Positions 18,013 to 27,747 are shown, counted from the stretch's first letter. The stretch is DNA of 64,000 bases from an archaeon (GCA_021107635.1 JAIOSL010000043.1:9873-73872), one strand, 5' to 3'. Numbers and translations are program-made. Notes: generated from the sequence alone by a model not told the origin.

Positions 18013-18512
18013 TGCGCTGCTTCATAGGCGTACCACTCAACAAAAAAACAAGACAAGAACTAACCAAAATCCAGCAACACTTCTGTGAATCCAACACTAA
18101 AATGAAACTAGTAGAACCAGAAAACCTACATGTTACACTACATTTTCTAGGAGAAATAAAAAACACTGAACCAATCAAGAAAAAACTCGCTCAAATCAAA
18201 CAAAAAAGTTTCGAACTACAAGTGAACGGATTGGGAGCATTCCCAAACAAAAACCACGCAAGAGTATTATGGGCAAGAATCAACAAAGGTAAAGAAACAC
18301 TTAAAAGCCTTCATGACGAAATAACCCATGGGGAGTATCACCCACACATAACTCTAGCAAGAATCAGAACAAAACCAGACGAAACACTGAAAAAACTGCT
18401 AGAACAACAACTCCAACTTTCCATGCCAGTTAACAAAATAGTACTCTATCAGAGCACTTTAACGCCTGACGGCCCAAAATACTCAAAGGTGCAAGAAATT
18501 GAACTTGATTAA
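18012..18512 (+). CDS. thpR: RNA 2',3'-cyclic phosphodiesterase (2H phosphoesterase, ThpR/LigT)
   Basis: Two HxT/S motifs are present: HVTLHFLG and HITLARI. Confidence 0.8.
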   Translation: MRCFIGVPLNKKTRQELTKIQQHFCESNTKMKLVEPENLHVTLHFLGEIKNTEPIKKKLAQIKQKSFELQVNGLGAFPNKNHARVLWARINKGKETLKSLHDEITHGEYHPHITLARIRTKPDETLKKLLEQQLQLSMPVNKIVLYQSTLTPDGPKYSKVQEIELD

Positions 18513-20028
18513 AACCATTATCGCGCTACTTCTCATCACTACCTGCACGTCTGCAGTAACATTTGTAGCTAACACTAACAATGACACAATGATACTCTCA
18601 AGCAAAACATATACTGCAAAACTTAACATACAAGAAAACCTGTTAGGAATAAACAACATTCTTGAAATTTATCAATACCCAAAAGTTGAAATTCTTGGAA
18701 TTACAGTAGAACCAGTAGAGCCTAGCATTGGTGGAATAACTATTGGAGAAAGTGTTAATGAATACTTAGTAGATTATCCTCAAGCAGTAAAAAAAGATGT
18801 ATATGTTTCAAGCAGAATAACCTTCTTTGAAGACTACATACACCAAGAGATAAAAATAGAAAACACCCACTCAAGCGAAATGGAAATAAACATAAAACTA
18901 ATTCCAAAAACAAACAAAAGCAGTTATATTTACACACCATACAACACTAATCCCTCAGCCAATTACCTATGGATTTCACCACCATTCCATCAAGAAAGAG
19001 GACTAGGACTAGCAGTATACTTTGATACACTCATGACCAGCTATGTTCAACCTGGAGAAACCATGCTAGCCAAAAATACTGAACTAATAGGAGATTGGAG
19101 CATAACAATTAACTCAGGAGAAATTAAAACAATAAGCCTAAGATACATTACAGGATACGCATCAGACAGAAAACTAATAGAACAACACGCATTCAGTCCT
19201 CCAGCAACAAAACAACACTTGCTTGATGTTGAAACAGACTCACTTTTTGAAATCAAAAACACAGAAAGCCTCAAACAAATAAGAAGTGAAATAAGTGCAG
19301 GATCAGCAGCAGAACTAGTCACTAAAGTTAAAGAACGCTTAGACTTGATTCCTGACACCCCAACCTCTGAAACCACAAACCAAAAAACAATTTATGACAT
19401 GAAAGAACTACTTGAAAAAAGCCAATTAAACAGTCTAGAAAAAGCATTATTATTCAGAGAGATAATACGCAAAAAAGGAGTCCCCGCAGAAATAATAATC
19501 GGGCTAAAAGAAAACACATACTACGCATGGGTATACGCATACCCAACAGTTGAACCAGTATTTTTTGATCCTGCAGGAAAACTAGAAGCATACGAAAAGA
19601 TTTACGAAGAACCAACACCGAAATACTGTAGCAATACAATCAACTCATGCAACTGGGCTTCAGACATCGGAACAGACAGAATGTGCATACTAAACTTTTG
19701 CGCGAGTACATACTTGTTCATAACATTCATTCTAATAGCATTAATCACAGTATTCTTGTTCCTTCAATACAAAGCAGACTTTTTGTATAAAATAGCAGGA
19801 AGAGCAAAAATGAAAAAAACAGACGATGAAAAAATACATTCATATCACATAATCAAAAGAGACTATGTTCCAATAAACCCACTGGAAGAAACAGTCCTTA
19901 AAAAACTTAAAGAAAGAATGGGCATAGTTGAACTTGCTAGATACGAAAAAGAAACAGGTTTCTCAAGACTTCTAATAGAAACAACTATAGAAGAACTTGA
20001 AAACAGAGAAATAATTAAAAAGATGTGA
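18499..20028 (+). CDS. Bitopic membrane protein: extracytoplasmic transglutaminase-like fold (nucleophile replaced), one TM helix, cytoplasmic winged-helix domain
   Basis: Signal peptide, then LNSLEKALLFREIIRKKGVPAEIIIGLKENTYYAWVYAY, a TGase-core-like segment with Ser at the Cys position. TM helix YLFITFILIALITVFLFL. The C terminus LEETVLKKLKERMGIVELARYEKETGFSRLLIETTIEELENREIIKK looks like a wHTH. Confidence 0.6.
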   Translation: MNLIKTIIALLLITTCTSAVTFVANTNNDTMILSSKTYTAKLNIQENLLGINNILEIYQYPKVEILGITVEPVEPSIGGITIGESVNEYLVDYPQAVKKDVYVSSRITFFEDYIHQEIKIENTHSSEMEINIKLIPKTNKSSYIYTPYNTNPSANYLWISPPFHQERGLGLAVYFDTLMTSYVQPGETMLAKNTELIGDWSITINSGEIKTISLRYITGYASDRKLIEQHAFSPPATKQHLLDVETDSLFEIKNTESLKQIRSEISAGSAAELVTKVKERLDLIPDTPTSETTNQKTIYDMKELLEKSQLNSLEKALLFREIIRKKGVPAEIIIGLKENTYYAWVYAYPTVEPVFFDPAGKLEAYEKIYEEPTPKYCSNTINSCNWASDIGTDRMCILNFCASTYLFITFILIALITVFLFLQYKADFLYKIAGRAKMKKTDDEKIHSYHIIKRDYVPINPLEETVLKKLKERMGIVELARYEKETGFSRLLIETTIEELENREIIKKM

Positions 20029-21508
20029 TTTTGTTCAAAAAGCCGTCACGGTCACTATAAAATTCATTAAACAAGTTAACTGTTTCAACATAAGACAAAT
20101 CCTGTTCAAGCATCCAATCTAATATCCCCTTACGTAAGTTCATACGTTCCATTACTTCTTTTTTATTCATCCCACCAGCAAAAGCCAGTTTTTCTATAGT
20201 CTGGCTTGGAAGCTGAGTGCGCGAAAGAACGTCTCTGCCTTTATCCCATTTGTAAATACCATTAAGCAAAACTTGATCTCCCATCCAACTAACTTCTGAA
20301 ATCTCAGTAACCCTTCTTTGTACTCCTCCACCCTCAGAACGAAATCTATGCTGGATAACAATCACATCAAGTAAAGAAAGCAATTGTTTATGAACATTCA
20401 TTGGAGGAGACCTAAGTCTTAAAAGAGTTTCTTTAGCGTCATTAGCGTGCAATGTTCCCATTGAGCCAGTAATACCAACATCCATCGCAGTAAACAAAGA
20501 CATTGCTTCTGGACCCCTAACCTCTCCAACCATAATTCTGTCCGGTCGCATCCTTAACGATGCTTTAACTAAATCATTCATTGTAATTTCGGTCTTGCTC
20601 TTATAATCGTAAGTAGCCTCTAACTGAACCCAATTATCCCTACCACCTAAGTTTAACTCAAGCGTATCCTCAATAGTAAGAACTCTATTATCAAAAGGAA
20701 TGAAAGAAGACAACGCATTAAGAGTAGTAGTCTTCCCTGAACCGGCTCCACCACTAATAATTAGGTTCATAGGAAGAACATTCAAACCCTCAACAGCAAG
20801 CCACAAAAAAGAAGCAACTTCAGGAGTAATCGTTCCAAACTTGACTATATCAAGCAGAGAAAAAGGCTTGAAAGAAAATTTTCTTATAGTAAGAGTAGGA
20901 GATGTCGATGCAGGAGGAACAGTAATGTTGACTCTTGGCCCACCAACCATCCTTGCATCAACAATAGGATTTGCTCTTGTTAGTTCCTTTCCTTCAGAAG
21001 AAGCAATTCTACTCAAAAGCACTAATAGTTTATCAGAAGAATGAAAAATAATGTTAGTCTTACAAGCACCATGCTTCCTATGAAACACTCTTACTGGCTT
21101 GTTAGTGCCATTAATCATAATTTCCTCAAGCTCATCATCCGCAATAAGCTGAGAAAGCATTCCAACACCACACAACATGTTAGTGACTTCTTTAGTCAAC
21201 TCCTTTTGATTAGAAGATTTTGGCAAATGCTTTTTAACAAACTTTGAAACCAACTCCTCACGATCTTTCAATATAGACGGTTCTAAAGTCAATTCATGAA
21301 CCTTAAGTTTGCAAACCAATTGACCCTCAATAGCATGCAACCAAGTACCAGCACGCTTATCAGTAAGAAATACTTGTTCCATTTCACGAATAGAAAACTT
21401 TTTCAACGCAACTCTGGAAATAACATCCAAAAAAGCATGCTCGTCCTCAGTAAACTTTGGTCGATCTACAAGGTAATAACACTGTCCGCCCTTGTGGACT
21501 ATACTCAT
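20015..21508 (-). CDS. Type II/IV secretion-family ATPase (archaeal PilB/FlaI-like)
   Basis: Walker A is SGGAGSGKTTTLNAL. The Asp and His boxes are RPDRIMVGEVRGPEA and GSMGTLHAN. Confidence 0.85.
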   Translation of the reverse strand: MSIVHKGGQCYYLVDRPKFTEDEHAFLDVISRVALKKFSIREMEQVFLTDKRAGTWLHAIEGQLVCKLKVHELTLEPSILKDREELVSKFVKKHLPKSSNQKELTKEVTNMLCGVGMLSQLIADDELEEIMINGTNKPVRVFHRKHGACKTNIIFHSSDKLLVLLSRIASSEGKELTRANPIVDARMVGGPRVNITVPPASTSPTLTIRKFSFKPFSLLDIVKFGTITPEVASFLWLAVEGLNVLPMNLIISGGAGSGKTTTLNALSSFIPFDNRVLTIEDTLELNLGGRDNWVQLEATYDYKSKTEITMNDLVKASLRMRPDRIMVGEVRGPEAMSLFTAMDVGITGSMGTLHANDAKETLLRLRSPPMNVHKQLLSLLDVIVIQHRFRSEGGGVQRRVTEISEVSWMGDQVLLNGIYKWDKGRDVLSRTQLPSQTIEKLAFAGGMNKKEVMERMNLRKGILDWMLEQDLSYVETVNLFNEFYSDRDGFLNKITSF

Positions 21509-21560
21509 AAATAGTAGTTCTCAGTAAGTGAATAAAAAGCTTTCTAAGGACTCAAAAAAA

Positions 21561-22787
21561 ATGAATTTAGAAAAAATAATTCCAAAACAAAGGAAAAAAG
21601 AACTAGCACTAGCAACTGAAATAATCACTGAAATAAACAAACAAGGACACGAAGCCATGCTAGTAGGAAGCATAGCAAAAGATACCTGCCTAAGAGGTTC
21701 AAAAGACATAGACATTTTCATAATGTTCTCAAAAAACACAACCAGAAAAAAACTAGAACAAAAAGGCCTAGAAATAGGCAAAAAAGTCTGTCAAGCATTT
21801 GGAAGTAAAGCAATAGTTCACTACGCAGAACATCCATACACTAAAACAGTCATAAAAGGCTACGACATTGACCTAGTTCCATGCTACAAACTCAAAAAAG
21901 GAGAAAAAATAATCTCTTCTGTTGATAGATCACCCTTACACACACATTACGTAAAAAAACATTTAATCAAAAACAATGAAGTAAGAATGCTAAAATATTT
22001 CATGAAAAAAATTGGCGTCTACGGAGCAAACATTCGAGTACGAGGCTTCTCAGGATACCTATGCGAACTATTAATACTAAAATACGGTTCCTTCCAAAAC
22101 GTGCTAGAAAAAGCCAGTTTGTGGAAACCAAGAGAAAAAATAGACTTAGAAAACCACAGCACACTAGAATTCAACAACCCACTAATAGTAATAGATCCCG
22201 TTGACCCTGAGCGTAACGTTGCAGCAGCACTCCACGAAAACCAGTATTGCTGGTTCATACTCGCAGCAAGATACTACATAAAACACAAAAAAATACCAAG
22301 CAAAACAAAACTCATGAAAAAACGAGGGAAATTCTTTGTCATAGAATGGAAAATAAAAGAAGATCTAGAAGAAATACTCTGGTCACAACTAGAACGCTTC
22401 CAAGAAAAAGTCGTCAAACAACTCAACTTCCATGAACTATCAGTAATAGACAGCCTCGTCTGGACAGACTCACAAAAACTTGCCCAACTGCTAATAGAAC
22501 TAGAAGTCTGGGAACTACCACTAATAAACGACCACGAAGGCCCAGAAGCATACGACCAAGCAAGAGCAGACAGCTTCATAGAAAAATACGGCAAAGTAGT
22601 AGTGCGCGGATCACGCTTATACACAGAAAAAAAACGAGAATATAGGAAAGCAGAACCTTTACTGAAAAAACTTTTAAAAGAACCACCATCACACCTAGAA
22701 AAAAACTGGAAAATCAAAACAGGCGCAACCACCAAAAAAACGCGCGTCTACAAAGAATATTCTAAAAAATTCTGGAAGTTGACCTAA
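21561..22787 (+). CDS. cca: CCA-adding enzyme (archaeal class I tRNA nucleotidyltransferase)
   Basis: VGSIAKDTCLRGSKDIDIFIMF and VDRSPLHTHYV are typical of archaeal Cca. I prefer the ATG at 21561 over the GTG at 21528. Confidence 0.85.
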   Translation: MNLEKIIPKQRKKELALATEIITEINKQGHEAMLVGSIAKDTCLRGSKDIDIFIMFSKNTTRKKLEQKGLEIGKKVCQAFGSKAIVHYAEHPYTKTVIKGYDIDLVPCYKLKKGEKIISSVDRSPLHTHYVKKHLIKNNEVRMLKYFMKKIGVYGANIRVRGFSGYLCELLILKYGSFQNVLEKASLWKPREKIDLENHSTLEFNNPLIVIDPVDPERNVAAALHENQYCWFILAARYYIKHKKIPSKTKLMKKRGKFFVIEWKIKEDLEEILWSQLERFQEKVVKQLNFHELSVIDSLVWTDSQKLAQLLIELEVWELPLINDHEGPEAYDQARADSFIEKYGKVVVRGSRLYTEKKREYRKAEPLLKKLLKEPPSHLEKNWKIKTGATTKKTRVYKEYSKKFWKLT

Positions 22788-23173
22788 TGGAAAAGAAAAC
22801 TAAATATATGATAATCGCTTTGATTGCACTTTTTGTGATAGCAATGCTCATACTAGCCGCACTTGTGGTTGGAATGGTTTTTGTTGTGCTAGGAACAACC
22901 TTCTCCACAAGATACCCCACTCCTGCACTTATTTCTCAGGATAAGAGTGTTTGCGCGGCTTCAGGGATACAACTGTTGGACTATACCGAGCAGTATGAAA
23001 TCATTTCAGAAGCAGACGGAGACCTCAAAATAAGATACATTGGAGAAACACTAACTTGTAGGATAGGTAGTGTTGATAGAACAGGGTCAACATGTGTTAT
23101 AGGCCAAGGCTCTGGGAATAAGATAAGGATTCTAGTATCAAAAACAGAATGCGCTCTGCAGGAAGTTTCTTGA
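22787..23173 (+). CDS. Small membrane-anchored hypothetical protein
   Basis: 128-aa ORF with one N-terminal TM helix. Its start overlaps the cca stop. Confidence 0.5.
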   Translation: MEKKTKYMIIALIALFVIAMLILAALVVGMVFVVLGTTFSTRYPTPALISQDKSVCAASGIQLLDYTEQYEIISEADGDLKIRYIGETLTCRIGSVDRTGSTCVIGQGSGNKIRILVSKTECALQEVS

Positions 23174-23217
23174 GTCGATTAATGGACTGACAAACTTTTT
23201 TATACAGCGCTAACCTA

Positions 23218-24516
23218 ATGTTATCCATGAGCTGGAAAGACGAAACATTTAAGCACATCTCTGAGATAGACAAAAACATAGGCAAAACAATCAAACTTAG
23301 AGGATGGGTCTACAGACAAAGAGCAGGCAAAAACAATGCCTTCATAGTGTTACGAGACGCAACAGGACACATACAATGCGTTGTACGCAAAGAATCTGCA
23401 TTCTTTTCTTTGGCTTCAGGACTAGGAATTGAAGCAAGCATTGAACTAGAAGGAACCGTTAAAAAAGATGAACGTGCTCCCACCGGCTATGAACTTGAAA
23501 TAGAAAAACTCAAACTAATCGGTGAATCAATAGACTTCCCGATCAACAAAGACCAAAGCACTGAATTTCTAATGGACGTGAGACATCTCTGGTTACGCTC
23601 ACAAAAAATGACAAACATGCTTAAAGCCCGTAATTATATGATTGGATACCTTCGTGAATGGCTTAAAAACAACGAGTTTTGGGAAGTACATGCTCCAATA
23701 TTTACTACAGCAGGATGTGAAGGAGGCTCAACACTATTCCCTGTGGATTACTTTGGCAAAGAAGTATACCTATCCCAAAGTGGACAAATGCACATGGAAA
23801 TAGCAATACATAGCTTAGAACGCGTTTACACTTTAACCCCTTCATTCAGAGCTGAAAAATCCAAGACAACAAGACACCTAACAGAATACTGGCACTTGGA
23901 AGCAGAAGAAGCTTTCGTTGATAACAAAGGCAACATGGAAGTAGAAGAAGAAATGATTTCACACGTTTGCCAAAGCATGGCAAAAAACCACTCAGCCCTG
24001 CTCAAATATTTTGGAAGAGATCCAAAAGAAATGAAATCAATTAAACCACCGTTTGAACGACTAAGCTATGAAGAAATGCTTGAAGAACTCAAACATAAAG
24101 GAGTAGAAATGACCTGGGGAGATGATCCAGGAGCACCACAAGAAAAAGCGTTAACAGAAGACAGAAAAGAACCTATTTTTGTTTACAATTATCCACGTGG
24201 AACAAAAGCATTCTACATGAAACTCCTTGATGAAAAACACGTGGCTTGTGCAGACATGCTTGCACCGGAAGGACACGGTGAGATAATCGGCGGAAGCGAA
24301 AGAGAATGGAGAATTGACGAACTAAAACAATCAATGGAAACATTTGGTCTCAAAGAAGAAGACTATTCATGGTATCTTGACCTACGACGCTATGGATCCA
24401 TACCCCACTCAGGATTTGGTTTAGGCATAGAAAGAACAGTAAAATGGATTCTCAGCTTAGACCACATAAGAGATGCAATTCCATTCCCAAGAACATTAAA
24501 CAGAACCAGCCCTTAA
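23218..24516 (+). CDS. asnS: Asparagine--tRNA ligase (class IIb)
   Basis: Motif 2 SFRAEKSKTTRHLTEYWHLEAE is the AsnRS type rather than the AspRS type. Motif 3 is HSGFGLGIERTVKW. Confidence 0.85.
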   Translation: MLSMSWKDETFKHISEIDKNIGKTIKLRGWVYRQRAGKNNAFIVLRDATGHIQCVVRKESAFFSLASGLGIEASIELEGTVKKDERAPTGYELEIEKLKLIGESIDFPINKDQSTEFLMDVRHLWLRSQKMTNMLKARNYMIGYLREWLKNNEFWEVHAPIFTTAGCEGGSTLFPVDYFGKEVYLSQSGQMHMEIAIHSLERVYTLTPSFRAEKSKTTRHLTEYWHLEAEEAFVDNKGNMEVEEEMISHVCQSMAKNHSALLKYFGRDPKEMKSIKPPFERLSYEEMLEELKHKGVEMTWGDDPGAPQEKALTEDRKEPIFVYNYPRGTKAFYMKLLDEKHVACADMLAPEGHGEIIGGSEREWRIDELKQSMETFGLKEEDYSWYLDLRRYGSIPHSGFGLGIERTVKWILSLDHIRDAIPFPRTLNRTSP

Positions 24517-25463
24517 TCTTCAAGAAGCTTGTTGATTTCCTGAAGCTCATAAAGTGCTTCTTGCATCTCTTTCTTTTCTTTTTCAGTTGCAGCATTTTCT
24601 ACATGCTTCTTAATTTTTTGTTCGTGAGCAATACGATCTTTTTTATGAGGAACCTCTTCAGCAACCTTAAGCTTGCCAATCAAAGCAAGTGTTTCCTCAA
24701 CTTCATTAGAAACCTTAGATAAACCTTCAGAATTACTTGAAGTTACTGGCTGAGGGAGCGTTTTAACTGATTGTGCTAGCGTCTTCGGTTCTGCAGAAAC
24801 TTTTTTGACAGGAGAAGGAGGTACTGAAGGAAGACTAATTGACTCTCGTGTCTTTTCCTTAATCTTTTCAACATCCACTCCTTTAGATGTTAAAACCTCT
24901 TGTCTGATTTCTGTAACCATTAATTTAACAGTCTTATGAAGCTGCCCCATTATTCCCTCAATTACCTTCTGATGAGTTACTCCATGCCAATCCTCAACAG
25001 TAAGTCTCAACCGAAAAGCACCCTTAACAATCTCACAAACTTCATCCAAAGAATACTTATCTGTACTAGCACTAGCAGCAACACGCCAACCAGGAAGTTT
25101 TTCGCCAGACTCCTCAGCATACTTATGCAACAAACTTCTAAAAATAAGAAAAGGTGGCTGAAAATCAATTGTCATATCCCCTTCCTGTAAATCAAACTCT
25201 CGGAAAGACCGTTTAAAAGAACTAAAAATAGTCCAAACCTTTTTTATGTAACCAATAAATCGAACAATACTAACACCCACACAAAAAAATGCAATAGTTG
25301 GAACCAAAATAACCAACGCTTGAAAATGAACCAAACCTGAAGCAATAATAACCCCAGTAAAAATTAAAGTAAGAATGAAAAAACTTGCCAGTACATCATT
25401 GACCACCATCTTAATCAAAAGAGTCTCCAAATGTGAAGGAGAAGACCGCAAGCTAACGCGCAT
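24513..25463 (-). CDS. Hypothetical membrane protein with a cytoplasmic coiled-coil tail
   Basis: 316-aa ORF with 2-3 predicted TM helices near the N terminus and a K/E-rich C terminus. No motif recognised. Confidence 0.5.
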   Translation of the reverse strand: MRVSLRSSPSHLETLLIKMVVNDVLASFFILTLIFTGVIIASGLVHFQALVILVPTIAFFCVGVSIVRFIGYIKKVWTIFSSFKRSFREFDLQEGDMTIDFQPPFLIFRSLLHKYAEESGEKLPGWRVAASASTDKYSLDEVCEIVKGAFRLRLTVEDWHGVTHQKVIEGIMGQLHKTVKLMVTEIRQEVLTSKGVDVEKIKEKTRESISLPSVPPSPVKKVSAEPKTLAQSVKTLPQPVTSSNSEGLSKVSNEVEETLALIGKLKVAEEVPHKKDRIAHEQKIKKHVENAATEKEKKEMQEALYELQEINKLLED

Positions 25464-25517
25464 GACTAAAAATAAGTTGCCATAAGTATAAAAAGCTTGC
25501 TTATCACAAAAAACCGC

Positions 25518-25949
25518 ATGGTAAGGGCTATTGCCTTTGGAACATTCTCATTGATACACCCAGGACACATATACTATCTGACCACTGCTAAAAGCTTAGC
25601 AGATGAACTGATAGTTGTTATCGCACGAGACTCAACAGTCAAAAAAATTAAAGGAAAAAGCCTAGTTCCAGAAGAACAAAGAAAAAAAGTAATAGAAGCA
25701 CTCAAGCCAGTGGACCAAGCAATTCTAGGCAGCGAAACAGACCGTTACGAAATTATTGAAAAACTAAAACCAGATGTAATAGTACTTGGAGTTGACCAAG
25801 ACGAACAAGAAGACAAGCTTGCTTACGAACTATCTAAACGGGGACTTAAATCTAAAATAGTAAGAGTATCAAAAGCAGAAGGCATACTCTACAAAAGCTC
25901 GAAACTCTTAGACTATGTTTGTTCTATTTCCTCAAAAGAGGAAGAATAA
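25518..25949 (+). CDS. ribL: FAD synthase (archaeal FMN adenylyltransferase RibL, cytidylyltransferase fold)
   Basis: AFGTFSLIHPGHIYYL...LIVVIARDSTVKKIKGK...EEQRKKVIEALKPVD closely follows the RibL pattern. Confidence 0.8.
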   Translation: MVRAIAFGTFSLIHPGHIYYLTTAKSLADELIVVIARDSTVKKIKGKSLVPEEQRKKVIEALKPVDQAILGSETDRYEIIEKLKPDVIVLGVDQDEQEDKLAYELSKRGLKSKIVRVSKAEGILYKSSKLLDYVCSISSKEEE

Positions 25950-26757
25950 GACTACCTGGACCACCACTGCCTTTCTTAAGTTCTCGCATAGGAAGAGAAA
26001 TGACCTCAACTCCATGCTTCTTCAAAGTTGGAATCATTTCATCACAATCGTCTCCAATGATCACTTTGTTTTCTTCCAACAGAATAACATCTGCTGCGAA
26101 ATGCCTCTGCTGAAAAGCAGTTAAAGGAATAACATCAATATCGTTTCCACACAAAAAAGTCAGAAAATCTGTTGATAATGCTCTCTCGTAAGCCAGTGCT
26201 AACGAATCATTCAATACATTAAAAAACGCATCCAAATGCACGTCCTCTTCATGTAAAGCAGGAACAGCAACATGATCCAAAAACTCACACATCTGCTGAA
26301 AACCTGCCTGGTTAGTTCTCTGCTTTAAACCAATAGCAACAGCCTTATCATTCAAAAAGACTAGATCCCCACCCTCAAAATAACCATCACGTACTATTCC
26401 AAACACGGGTATATCCAACTGGTCGGCCATCGCCTCCAAAAACAGTTCTTCACCTTGTCGGTACTCATGCCTGAAATAAGATAGGATAATACCATTAGTA
26501 GTACACACACCCAAATCACGCGTGAAATAAAGATTAGGAGGAGGCACATCAGGACCAACTTCAATCAAATCTATTTTAACTTTTTCTCCTTTCAAAACGT
26601 CATAAAGTGCATTGAACTCTTTAGTGGCTTTATTCCAATTAGGACGGGCTTGAAAACCCCAAGAACTAGGATCTGTAACTAACTGAAGTTCCTCTTCAGG
26701 CTTATGCATTAAAACCCAGCGAAGCCTGCCAAAACAAGAGTGAATCCCATAATCCAT
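25924..26757 (-). CDS. Guanidino-group-modifying enzyme fold protein (amidinotransferase/DDAH/arginine deiminase superfamily)
   Basis: GGDLVFLNDKAVAIGLKQRTN and the C-terminal KKGSGGPGSLILPLLRK align to the superfamily C terminus (GGg.rCmtlPl.R). A Ser sits where the catalytic Cys is expected. Confidence 0.6.
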   Translation of the reverse strand: MDYGIHSCFGRLRWVLMHKPEEELQLVTDPSSWGFQARPNWNKATKEFNALYDVLKGEKVKIDLIEVGPDVPPPNLYFTRDLGVCTTNGIILSYFRHEYRQGEELFLEAMADQLDIPVFGIVRDGYFEGGDLVFLNDKAVAIGLKQRTNQAGFQQMCEFLDHVAVPALHEEDVHLDAFFNVLNDSLALAYERALSTDFLTFLCGNDIDVIPLTAFQQRHFAADVILLEENKVIIGDDCDEMIPTLKKHGVEVISLPMRELKKGSGGPGSLILPLLRK

Positions 26758-26797
26758 ACTACTAATTAATAGCCACTCAAGTATAAATGGCTAGCAT

Positions 26798-27307
26798 TCA
26801 CTGGATTTCATTAAACTTTTCCTTTGGAGCACTACAAACAGGACAAACTTCCAAAGCATCTCCTTCAAACGTATAACCACAAACCTGACAAACAAAAACA
26901 GTCTTCTCCGGTAATTCTTCACCCTTTTCAAGATTTTCTAAAGCATGCTTGTAAAGATGTTCATGGACTTTCTCAACAGAATTAGCCCAAGAAAAAACTT
27001 GAACCGCACTAGCATTCTCCTCTTTTTTTGCTTGATCTATGAAACCAGGGTACATTTTAGTATACTCATAATTTTCGCCTGCAATAGCCTCTTTTAAATT
27101 TTCTTCAGTTGATTTAATTCCGCCAGAAACACGAAAATGGTTTAATGCATGCACAGTCTCTGCATCTGCTACAGCACGAAAAATCTTTGCTATTTGTAGA
27201 TGTCCTTCCTGCTCAGCCTTTGCAGCAAACGCAAGATACTTTCTATTAGCCTGACTCTCGCCAGCAAACGCTTTTCCAAGATTTTCTTCAGTTTCAGTCA
27301 TAAACAA
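26798..27307 (-). CDS. rbr: Rubrerythrin
   Basis: The ferritin-like diiron region (LGKAFAGESQANRKYLAFA, E..H motifs) is followed by a C-terminal rubredoxin-like CQVCGY...CPVCSAPKEKF. Confidence 0.85.
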   Translation of the reverse strand: MFMTETEENLGKAFAGESQANRKYLAFAAKAEQEGHLQIAKIFRAVADAETVHALNHFRVSGGIKSTEENLKEAIAGENYEYTKMYPGFIDQAKKEENASAVQVFSWANSVEKVHEHLYKHALENLEKGEELPEKTVFVCQVCGYTFEGDALEVCPVCSAPKEKFNEIQ

Positions 27308-27419
27308 AACCTCTAGTAATTGCTTTTACTTTTTTGTATATTAAAGGGTTTCCAACAGAAACTTTTTTAAGCAACCATAGCGTATGCCTTCTATAGGAAT
27401 GCATTGAGGTGAACAATTA

Positions 27420-27731
27420 ATGCCACCAAAAAAGAAGAAAATGACTAAAAAGAAAGTTACGAAGAAAAAAATCGTGAAGAAAAAACCCGTGAAGAAAAGG
27501 GTAACCAAAAAAAAGACCACTAAGAAAAAAACTGTGAAGAAGAAAGTCACAAAAAAGAGGGTTGTAAAGAAAAAACCCGTGAAGAAAAAAATGACCAAGA
27601 AAAAAACAGTTAAGAAAAAAGTAGTCAAGAAAAAGACCACTAAGAAAAAAACTGTGAAGAAGAAAGTCACAAAAAAGAAAGCAGTTAAGAGAAAAAAGAC
27701 CAAGAAAAAAACAGTTAAGAGAAAGAAGTGA
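27420..27731 (+). CDS. Extremely lysine-rich repeat protein (103 aa, histone H1-tail-like composition)
   Basis: The sequence runs MPPKKKKMTKKKVTKKKIVKKKPVKKRVTKKK... throughout. A strong GAGGTGA lies 8 nt upstream of the ATG. An internal 49-nt perfect repeat occurs at 27510..27558 and 27630..27678. Confidence 0.6.
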   Translation: MPPKKKKMTKKKVTKKKIVKKKPVKKRVTKKKTTKKKTVKKKVTKKRVVKKKPVKKKMTKKKTVKKKVVKKKTTKKKTVKKKVTKKKAVKRKKTKKKTVKRKK

Positions 27732-27747
27732 CTATCTGTTGTATTAA

